From Candidatus Helarchaeota ASGARD archaeon Hel_GB_B (lineage in GTDB: Archaea; Asgardarchaeota; Lokiarchaeia; Helarchaeales; HEL-GB-B), in contig SUPR01000015.1 in NCBI GenBank assembly GCA_005191425.1, positions 1-32,000 on the forward strand: a DNA stretch of 32,000 bases, written 5' to 3'. The notes beneath the pieces are model-generated. The model did not search any database. It was not told where the DNA came from and saw nothing but the letters and a program-made list of their open reading frames with translations. Shown in pieces: positions 18,829-27,026 of the stretch (its first letter is position 1; the number at the start of each line of letters is the position of its first letter). Both the position numbers and the translations under genes were made by a program.

Positions 18829-19397
18829 TTATTCTATATACAGGAAACATTGTAAATATTTTTTTGATAATCATGAATTTATGTTTCTTCCTTGGATTTT
18901 TAATTAAATTTGGTCAAACTTTTCTAATTGTATATTTAGAAGTTAAATTTTTAAACTACTCGAATTGGAAAATCGCATTAATGATAATAGAAAATCCGCA
19001 ATTGTTCCAGAACATTATTCAATAAACTTTTCATATTTTTTAAAAATTCGGTCGAATTTATGTTTTTTTAAAGAATACTTAAAATCCGACTCAAATTATC
19101 TTTTTCTTAAAAAAATAGCTTATTTATAAATAAAATTTTGCGCATCTTACCTTATACACTAAGAATTTAAAAAATTTGGTCATCAAAACTTAATATTGAA
19201 ACGGAACTAACTAAAATTTGCAAAAATATAATCTTTTCAGCAAATTATATATTAAATATTATTAGAAAATTTGAAAAAAACCTAAAAAATTCCTTTTTTT
19301 CCTTGTGTTGAAATTTTGTGGAGTTTTTATAGTTACCTTCTATTTAAAAAAATAGACTTTAAAGCCGAATTAAAATGAAAGTCGAATCCGAGGTTAG

Positions 19398-20066
19398 ATG
19401 AAAATGTTTGATGTTTTTTATATTTTAACAGCATTTTTTAAAATATTATGTTATTCGATTATCGGAATTTATTTACTAAAACAATGGATCAGATTGGAAA
19501 AGAAATATGCAAGTGATTTGCCTTTTTTAATGGGAATTGCTGTATTATTTTTGATTCCGGGTACTATTATAGATATTACAGTAATGACAAATTCAATTGG
19601 GCCATGTTTATTATACAACTTTAGGTATTCATTGGACTTAATTGGTTCACAATTAATTTTTGGGGCAATACTTTCTGTTTGGATGTCAGGTAAAGTAAAA
19701 TTACGGTATAGTATAGTAATAAGTACATCAATCTTGTTTACGATAATATTCTTACTAATGCCTACAGATATTTTACTTCTAGATATAACATCTGCGATGA
19801 TCACTTTACCAACTTTACTCAGTTTAATTATTACATTTATGTTTACATATTTCACTAAAAGATTGACCAATGTACACGGACTATTAATTAGTATAGCTAC
19901 ATTAACAGTAATAGCAGCCTCAATTATACGCCCATTTCTTAAAATTACTGCTGTTTCACCAATTATGCCCTATGGACTCTCTTGGATTACTAATCTGATA
20001 TTAATAAGCGGCTGGCTTATAATGTATTATGGATTGATATCAAAACCGGGCTATATAAACGCTTAA
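19398..20066 (+). CDS. Uncharacterised 7-TM membrane protein
   Basis: Seven hydrophobic segments with short loops and GAGGT SD. No Lys in the middle of TM7, so not a retinal-binding rhodopsin. Confidence 0.8.
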   Translation: MKMFDVFYILTAFFKILCYSIIGIYLLKQWIRLEKKYASDLPFLMGIAVLFLIPGTIIDITVMTNSIGPCLLYNFRYSLDLIGSQLIFGAILSVWMSGKVKLRYSIVISTSILFTIIFLLMPTDILLLDITSAMITLPTLLSLIITFMFTYFTKRLTNVHGLLISIATLTVIAASIIRPFLKITAVSPIMPYGLSWITNLILISGWLIMYYGLISKPGYINA

Positions 20067-20136
20067 TCAAAAATTCTTGAATTTTTTTTATTTTTCTATA
20101 AACATTTTTATTTATAGTAGTTTTAAATCTTGAATA

Positions 20137-21363
20137 ATGAAAACGTTTAAATTTTTAGGAAGTTGTGATACACTTGTAGCATTAGGAAGTGCAACAACTG
20201 ATGGGACAGTTATTTTTGGTAAAAATTCGGATCGCCCAGATGATGAAGCTCAGAATTTGGTACATGTCCCACGAAGATCAAATTTAAAAGACCAGAAGGT
20301 AAAATGTACATATATTACGATCCCACAAGTATCCGAGACATATGAGATATTAATTTGTCAGCCATCGTGGATATGGGGAGCAGAAATGGGAGTTAATGAG
20401 TGGGGAGTTTGTATTGGTAATGAAGCGGTTTGGACTATAGAGAACTACAATTCTTTGGGGCTACTTGGAATGGATTTACTTCGACTTGGGCTGGAAAGAG
20501 GAAAAAGTGCAAAGAATGCGTTAGAAGTTATAATTTCTTTGCTTGAGGAATTTGGGCAGGGGGGTTCTTGTTCTGAGGACGGTAATATGAACTATCACAA
20601 TTCGTTTCTAATTGCAGATGCAAAAGAGGCGTGGATTCTTGAGACGGCAGGAAAATGGTGGGTTGCAGAACAAATAAAAGACGGTATTAGGTCTATTTCG
20701 AACTCCTTATCTATAAGGAATAAAGGCACCTTACAAAAAAAAGGAATAATAGAATATGCAGTCTCGCGAAATTTAATTAAAGATGATGACGATTTTGATT
20801 TTGCAAAAATATTTTCTGAAGGGTATATATCTGATGAACCAGCGCCATACTCAAGAGAAGGAAGGGCTATTCAATTATTAAAACAAAATAAGGGAAATAT
20901 TGATGAAAAAATGATGATGAATTTTTTGCGGGATCATAAAGCAGGAATTTGCATGCATGGTGGATTTACTTCTACTGCCAGTCAAGTGTCTAAAATATAT
21001 GATGATGGTACCTCAGTTAATTGGTTTACAAATGCTTCGAACCCATGTTTAAACTTTTATAAACCATTTATCTTTCCTTATAATGGGAAAAATACGATTG
21101 ATTCAGGGCCTTATTCTAAAATTAATCCCAATTGGAATTGGTCAAGGTTCGAGAAATTCAAGCAAAATCTTTCAAGATTATCGGATAATACTAAGCAGAA
21201 ATATTATAATGAAATTAACCAAATAGAAAATAAACTAATAGCAGAAATGAACAATTTAAAAAATGAGATGAGAATAAGAAAAAACGAATATATCAAAAAA
21301 TCCTCTGAGGTTTCTGAAAAAGCATGGGAATTTATGGAGAAAATTTATCAATCCTATGGATAA
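20137..21363 (+). CDS. Secernin-like C69 family peptidase (Ntn hydrolase)
   Basis: S|CDTLVAL, FGKNSDRP.DEAQ, WIWGAEMGVNEWGVCIGNEAV, LLGMDLLRLGLER and YHNSFLIAD. Confidence 0.92.
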   Translation: MKTFKFLGSCDTLVALGSATTDGTVIFGKNSDRPDDEAQNLVHVPRRSNLKDQKVKCTYITIPQVSETYEILICQPSWIWGAEMGVNEWGVCIGNEAVWTIENYNSLGLLGMDLLRLGLERGKSAKNALEVIISLLEEFGQGGSCSEDGNMNYHNSFLIADAKEAWILETAGKWWVAEQIKDGIRSISNSLSIRNKGTLQKKGIIEYAVSRNLIKDDDDFDFAKIFSEGYISDEPAPYSREGRAIQLLKQNKGNIDEKMMMNFLRDHKAGICMHGGFTSTASQVSKIYDDGTSVNWFTNASNPCLNFYKPFIFPYNGKNTIDSGPYSKINPNWNWSRFEKFKQNLSRLSDNTKQKYYNEINQIENKLIAEMNNLKNEMRIRKNEYIKKSSEVSEKAWEFMEKIYQSYG

Positions 21364-21370
21364 AAGGGAC

Positions 21371-22825
21371 TTAATTTTCCAAGATTTTTTGAAATATTGA
21401 AAAATTTTTAAAATCTTTTATGATAAAACCAATTTCCTTAATTTTATCCCTAATTTTATCAGCTAGTTTATAATTCTTTTCATTTCTTGCTTGATATCTT
21501 ATTTCCATTAAAATACTAAGTAATTCAAATATCTTTTTATCTTCTTTTGTAGGATATTTGTAAGTTAAAAATAGACCAAGAATTTCTCCAAAGTCTAGGA
21601 TCAATTTATTTGCTTTACCAATAAATTCTTTACTGAAAAAAGTTATATTCGCCATATTTTTGTTTATGAATTTGACTAATTCTAATAATGCAATCATTGC
21701 ATTGTGGGTATTAAAGTCATTGTCCATCGCAATAATAAAATCTTTTTCAATTTTGTCTAATAATTCTTTTTCTTCTTTTTTTATGGGTAAGACTATTTCT
21801 TTATCATTAATATTGGTAATAATATTTTGATATTGATTTAAAAAATCTAATGTAAGATAAAATTTGTCCAATGTTCTTTTTGCCACGCGTACTTGGTCTT
21901 CATTAAAATTGATTGGATTTCTGTAATGAACAGATACCAGTAAAAAACGCAATAATTCGGGAGGATATTTTTTAAGTGCATCACGAATTGTTATGAAATT
22001 TCCAAGTGATTTGGACATTTTTTCACTATCAATATTTACAAATCCATTATGGAGCCAATATTTTACAAAAGGCTTTTTACCAGAATATGCTTCACTTTGT
22101 GCTATTTCGTTTTGATGATGTGGAAAGATTAAATCCTGTCCACCGCCGTGAATGTCTATATTTTCTCCTAGATATTTCATACACATGGTTGAACATTCAA
22201 TATGCCAGCCAGGTCTGCCTTCACCCCAAGGAGATTTCCAAGATGGTTCTCCCTCTTTTTTCTTTTTCCATAATGCAAAATCTTTTTTATGTCTTTTTTC
22301 GCCAATATAAATTTTACACATTGTACCTTTTGAATAATTATCGTCTTTCAGTGTAAATCCAGCTAATTTACCATATTCATCATATTTTGTTGTATCAAAA
22401 TAAATATTTCCATCAATATTATAAGCATAACCTTTTTCCAAAAGTACATTTATAACATCGATCATGTCAGGAATAATTGCAGTTGCCCTAGGATGGTAAA
22501 CTGCTTTTCTTATATTTAATGGGTGTGTATCCTCAAAATAAGCATCGATAAATTTTTCAGCCAGTTCATGAACAGCCACATTTTCTTCTTTAGCCCGATT
22601 TATCATTTTATCATCAATATCAGTAAAATTCTGGACATAAATTACTTTATAACCTTTAAATTCAAGGTATCTTCTTATCGTATCAAAAGAAATTAATGAT
22701 CTTGCATGTCCAATATGGCAATAATCATAGACAGTAGGCCCACAAACATACATTTTAACAATTTTATCTTCAATAGGTTTAAATTTTTCTTTTTTCTTAG
22801 TTAATGTATTATAAACTTTTAACAC
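21371..22825 (-). CDS. cysS: Cysteinyl-tRNA synthetase (class Ia)
   Basis: CGPTVYDYCHIGH, DFALWK, GRPGWHIECS, DIHGGG.DL.FPHH.NE and KMSKSLGN. Confidence 0.98.
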   Translation of the reverse strand: MLKVYNTLTKKKEKFKPIEDKIVKMYVCGPTVYDYCHIGHARSLISFDTIRRYLEFKGYKVIYVQNFTDIDDKMINRAKEENVAVHELAEKFIDAYFEDTHPLNIRKAVYHPRATAIIPDMIDVINVLLEKGYAYNIDGNIYFDTTKYDEYGKLAGFTLKDDNYSKGTMCKIYIGEKRHKKDFALWKKKKEGEPSWKSPWGEGRPGWHIECSTMCMKYLGENIDIHGGGQDLIFPHHQNEIAQSEAYSGKKPFVKYWLHNGFVNIDSEKMSKSLGNFITIRDALKKYPPELLRFLLVSVHYRNPINFNEDQVRVAKRTLDKFYLTLDFLNQYQNIITNINDKEIVLPIKKEEKELLDKIEKDFIIAMDNDFNTHNAMIALLELVKFINKNMANITFFSKEFIGKANKLILDFGEILGLFLTYKYPTKEDKKIFELLSILMEIRYQARNEKNYKLADKIRDKIKEIGFIIKDFKNFSIFQKILEN

Positions 22826-23100
22826 TTTTATTCACATAAGAATTTATCAAATTTTATTAACTTTATAAAGAACGCAGTAGATTGAATAACTTAAAAAATT
22901 GATTATATTTCGGTTTATTTTAATTGTTTAGTATAAGTTTAGTTTTTTCGTTGAAAATTCTAAATATAATTAGATTTTAAATTTATTTCAGATTGATTAT
23001 GAAAAAGACCATTACAATTAAATCTAGCGAGAATCTATAAAAAAAGGTAATATCAAAAGTTGGTTTTAAAAAAATCAATAATAATAGAAAATTTTCTCGA

Positions 23101-23400
23101 TTAAAACTTTTTTATCTCCATTTGTTTTTGAATTTCGTCCACTAAAGGTTTTAATTTTTCTGGGATATTTAATGTACTAAATGAAATCATGTGTGATTTG
23201 TCCTCTTGTTCAACTGTGATATAAATTTGCTCCACATCGGGCATGGGTTGTTCATCTTTGAGTTGTAGATTAAAAAAGTCCGCATTAGTTATAATATCCT
23301 GGAAAAAATCAGCTGTATCTTTAGGTATTTTATCAGTATCTATATTTGCTTCCTTAACTATGCCTGCAAAACCGCCACTTTGAATAAATTTAATTTTCAT
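23101..23400 (-). CDS. Emfourin (protealysin inhibitor, M4in)
   Basis: SGGFAG, ADFF and PD..Q..ITVE motifs. 99 aa, 12 nt downstream of a protealysin-like gene. Confidence 0.88.
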   Translation of the reverse strand: MKIKFIQSGGFAGIVKEANIDTDKIPKDTADFFQDIITNADFFNLQLKDEQPMPDVEQIYITVEQEDKSHMISFSTLNIPEKLKPLVDEIQKQMEIKKF

Positions 23401-23412
23401 TTATAAAACCCT

Positions 23413-24477
23413 TTAAATAACCATTACTTCCTTCCAACCTTTAATGACAGCCTCTCTTTCTTGTTCACCCATTTCTTCTGCTATTTCTATTGAGAGTTTG
23501 GCGGCACGTTCAAAATTTGCATTACTATCTAACTTCTGCAACAATTTATACCAAATTAGCCCCACTTTTTCCCATGCATAACCGCCCAATTCCATTGCAG
23601 CTACATAAAAAGCATGGTTCGGAATGCCACAATTTACATGGACACCACCGTTATCTTGATAAATTTCTAAATCTTTATATTTGTCCATTGTAGAAGGCTG
23701 AGGGTCGGTACCCAATTGAGGATGATTAACATAAGCGGTACCCGGACTTTTAAGTGATCTTATCGCATATTTTTCGCCTATCAATAAATTTGCACCTATT
23801 AACCAATCAGCTTGGTCTACAGTCTGATTAAGTTTAAACTGCTTGATCATTGACCCAAATATATCTGAAAAAGATTCATTTAAAGCACCACTTTGAAATC
23901 TATAGATTAGAGCGCATTCATGTTGTGTCACGCCATGTGTTAATTCATGCCCAACTACATCAAGGTCTAAAGTAAATCTATTAAAGATTTTACCATCCCC
24001 ATCACCAAAAACCATCTGCCAACCATTCCAAAATGCATTATTATAGTGATCACCATAATGTACAGAAGCATCTAATCTCATTCCTTTGTTATCAATTGAA
24101 TTTCTTTTAAATATAGTATTGTAGAAATCATATGTATCCCCCAAATATTCATAAGCTTCATCGACTTCTTTATCATTAGATAATTTATCACCTTCTTTTC
24201 TGACTAAAATACCAGGTAAATGTTGCGAGTTTTGTGAATCATAAATATGTCTGATCTTTTTCTTAACAATTTTAACAGGCTTGATTTTTAATTCTTCCAT
24301 TAAAAGGTCCCGTTCTTTTTTATGAATAAACCTGACAGATCTTATAAAGTTGTCAATTTTAAATGATAATAAAGCCATTTTACGAATTTTACTATCTTTA
24401 CTCTCTAAGAGTTTGTCTATCATATATGGAGGAATTATTCTACAAAAATCATCATGACAAAAATATTTTTCAATCAT
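23413..24477 (-). CDS. Protealysin-like M4 metalloprotease with short propeptide
   Basis: Propeptide CRIIPPYMIDKL (PPL motif), NNAFWNG, HELTH, GALNESFSD and DNGGVH. No signal peptide. Confidence 0.93.
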   Translation of the reverse strand: MIEKYFCHDDFCRIIPPYMIDKLLESKDSKIRKMALLSFKIDNFIRSVRFIHKKERDLLMEELKIKPVKIVKKKIRHIYDSQNSQHLPGILVRKEGDKLSNDKEVDEAYEYLGDTYDFYNTIFKRNSIDNKGMRLDASVHYGDHYNNAFWNGWQMVFGDGDGKIFNRFTLDLDVVGHELTHGVTQHECALIYRFQSGALNESFSDIFGSMIKQFKLNQTVDQADWLIGANLLIGEKYAIRSLKSPGTAYVNHPQLGTDPQPSTMDKYKDLEIYQDNGGVHVNCGIPNHAFYVAAMELGGYAWEKVGLIWYKLLQKLDSNANFERAAKLSIEIAEEMGEQEREAVIKGWKEVMVI

Positions 24478-24661
24478 TTTTTTCCCTTTTTTCTAAATTT
24501 TGTTAGTAATAAACATTTGTAAATTTATTTATCGATTTTGGATTAAAAAATGTTTATAAAAAGTTTTTAGAGAATTAATTTCTCAATAAATTATCTTGAG
24601 AAAAAAAGGATATTTTTTAAAGGTTCGGATAAAAATTAAAAAGGATTTAAGTGAAAAAGTA

Positions 24662-24766
24662 AGCTGGTGGTGAGATTCGCACTCACGTCCACGGCTATCT
24701 GAAAAACTGCAGGCCGCTACCTAGCTATAAGTCTACTTATTGAGAAGATTTCTCGGTTACACCAGC
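24662..24766 (-). tRNA. tRNA-Cys(GCA) with two predicted introns (D-loop about 24726..24749; anticodon 37/38, 24697..24706)
   Basis: Acceptor GCTGGTG/CACCAGC with U73. D stem ACCG/AGGT. Anticodon stem GCGGC/GCCGT, loop CT-GCA-G[10 nt]A. T arm GTGAG-TGCGAAT-CTCAC. Removing 24+10 nt gives a 71-nt cloverleaf. Confidence 0.85.
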
Positions 24767-24938
24767 ATATATTAGGAAGTTTGTGGAATTTTACTTAATT
24801 AAATTAATTACTATTTAATAATAATTAATACATTTATCTAATTAAAATTTTAAGGAAATTTAGATATAAATAAATTATTAATAGTTCTAATGTTAGATTG
24901 AATTAGAATTATTTATTTTTAAGATATAAAAATAGAGA

Positions 24939-27020
24939 ATGAAAATGTCAATAGATAATGATAACGAAATTAAATGGGAAGAACTAAAAAATTTAAGCGC
25001 TCGTGAAATAGAAAAAGAGTCTCGAAAAATTCTTTCAATTATGACGTTAGAGGAAAAAGTTAACCAAATGTCTGGAGATGCGACTATATTTCGTGAAGGG
25101 TTATCCATGTTAAAAAGATATAATGCGAAACCAATCACTGCTGGTACTGACAGGAAATTGGGAATTCCAGGAATTAAATTTACTGATGGACCAAGAGGAG
25201 TAGTTATGGGAAATTCTACATGTTTCCCGGTTTCTATGGCAAGAGGGGCAACGTGGGACATTGATTTAGAGCAGAAGGTCGGTGATATTATAGGAATTGA
25301 GGCTAAAGCTCAAGGAGCTAACTTTTTTGGTGGAGTATGTATAAATTTACTTAGACATCCGTTGTGGGGGAGAGCACAAGAAACATATGGAGAAGATCCA
25401 ATAATACTTGGAAAAATGGGAGTTGCTCTCTTGAAAGGAGTTCAAAAACATATAATGGCATGCGCGAAACATTATGCTGCAAATAGTATTGAAAATGCCA
25501 GATTTAAAATAGATGTTAGGATGGACGAACGGACTTTAAGAGAAGTGTATTTACCTCATTTTAAGAGGTGCGTTAAGGAAGGTGTTGCCTCAATAATGAG
25601 CGCATATAATAAAGTAAATGGTGAATATTGCGGACATAATAGTCATTTATTGAGAGAGATTTTAAAAAATGATTGGAAATTTGAAGGTTTTGTTATAACA
25701 GATTTTATCTGGGGAATTAGGAATGGAAAGAAGGCAGTGAACGCAGGTGTTGATATTGAAATGCCTTTTAGGTGGAAAATGAAACCTAATAAATTAATCA
25801 ATCTCGTAAAAAACAAAGAAATACCTGTAGAATATATTGATGATGCAGTCTTTAGAATTTTAAGACAAAAGCTCAGGTTCAATTATGACGAAGACCCAAA
25901 TTTTTATAATAAAAATAAAATCGCTTGTGAGGAACACGCTAAAATAGCTTTAGAAGTTGCGCGAAAAAGTATCGTTTTACTTAAGAATGAAAATAAATTA
26001 TTGCCTTTAAATAGAAATAAAATAAAAAAGATTGCAGTTATTGGAAAATTTGCTGATAGACCAAACATAGGAGATCACGGAAGTAGTAGAGTTTATCCAC
26101 CCTATGTAATAACACCATTGCAAGGTATTATAAAGGCAGCCGGAAATTCTATAGAAGTAATTTATTCAAATGGTAAAAATATAAACGGTATAAAAGAAAA
26201 TATAAAAGATGCAGATGCAGTAATAATTATTGCGGGTTATTCATATAAAGATGAAGGTGAAAATATTTTTTTAATAGGAGGAGATAGAAAATCTCTTGAA
26301 TTAAGACCTTATGACCAAGAGCTTATTATAAAAATATCTGAAATAAATAAAAACTGTATTGTTGCCCTTGAAGGCGGGAGTGCAATAATTATTGAATCTT
26401 GGAAAGAAAAAATTCCGGCAATTCTTATGATGTGGTATCCAGGAATGGAAGGAGGTACAGCTCTCGGAGAAATTATTTTTGGCGATATAAATCCAAGTGG
26501 AAAGCTTCCGATAGTATTTCCTAAATCACTTGAACAACTTCCATTTTTCAGTAATAAAGTAGACACGATAGAATATGGATATTTTCATGGTTATAAATTA
26601 ATTGAAAAAAACAACGATATACCAGCATTTCCCTTTGGATTTGGACTTAGTTATACTACATATTCTTATAATAACTTGAGATTAGACAAAACGCAAATCG
26701 ACGCAAATGGTGAAATCACCATTAAAGTAGATATCACCAATAAAGGACCAATGGACGGAGAAGAGATAGTCCAATTATATATTGGGTATAAAAATTCAAA
26801 AATAAACAGACCAGTTAAAGATTTGAAAGATTTTCAGAGAATAAAACTTGATAATGGAGAAACTAAAACAGTTGAATTTAAATTAAAAGCCAGTGATTTA
26901 GCATATTATGATATTAATACATCTTCTTGGAAAATTGAAGAAATACAATATATTGTATATGTAGGTCCATCATCAAGAAGTCAGGATCTCCTTACTGCCA
27001 AATTTAATTTATCGGTTTAA
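24939..27020 (+). CDS. GH3 beta-glucosidase/xylosidase (BglX-like) with C-terminal Fn3-like domain
   Basis: DGPRGV, RHPLWGRAQETYGEDP, KHYAAN, nucleophile in ITDF, PSGKLP, FPFGFGLSYT and GEEIVQLY. Confidence 0.95.
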   Translation: MKMSIDNDNEIKWEELKNLSAREIEKESRKILSIMTLEEKVNQMSGDATIFREGLSMLKRYNAKPITAGTDRKLGIPGIKFTDGPRGVVMGNSTCFPVSMARGATWDIDLEQKVGDIIGIEAKAQGANFFGGVCINLLRHPLWGRAQETYGEDPIILGKMGVALLKGVQKHIMACAKHYAANSIENARFKIDVRMDERTLREVYLPHFKRCVKEGVASIMSAYNKVNGEYCGHNSHLLREILKNDWKFEGFVITDFIWGIRNGKKAVNAGVDIEMPFRWKMKPNKLINLVKNKEIPVEYIDDAVFRILRQKLRFNYDEDPNFYNKNKIACEEHAKIALEVARKSIVLLKNENKLLPLNRNKIKKIAVIGKFADRPNIGDHGSSRVYPPYVITPLQGIIKAAGNSIEVIYSNGKNINGIKENIKDADAVIIIAGYSYKDEGENIFLIGGDRKSLELRPYDQELIIKISEINKNCIVALEGGSAIIIESWKEKIPAILMMWYPGMEGGTALGEIIFGDINPSGKLPIVFPKSLEQLPFFSNKVDTIEYGYFHGYKLIEKNNDIPAFPFGFGLSYTTYSYNNLRLDKTQIDANGEITIKVDITNKGPMDGEEIVQLYIGYKNSKINRPVKDLKDFQRIKLDNGETKTVEFKLKASDLAYYDINTSSWKIEEIQYIVYVGPSSRSQDLLTAKFNLSV

Positions 27021-27026
27021 TAGTAT

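Noticed and set aside
18599-19397. Replication origin in the long AT-rich intergenic region
   Set aside because: No ORB-like G-string repeats and no adjacent cdc6/orc1 gene.
19398-20066. Rhodopsin (schizorhodopsin/heliorhodopsin) call for the 7-TM protein
   Set aside because: No Schiff-base lysine in TM7 and no retinal-pocket motif.
24662-24766. tRNA-Sec or tRNA-Pyl interpretation, or a read-through of TCA in TTTTTCAG as anticodon
   Set aside because: The 7-bp acceptor, 4-nt variable loop, U73 and CT-GCA-G loop with splice bulges fit tRNA-Cys. There is no long variable arm.
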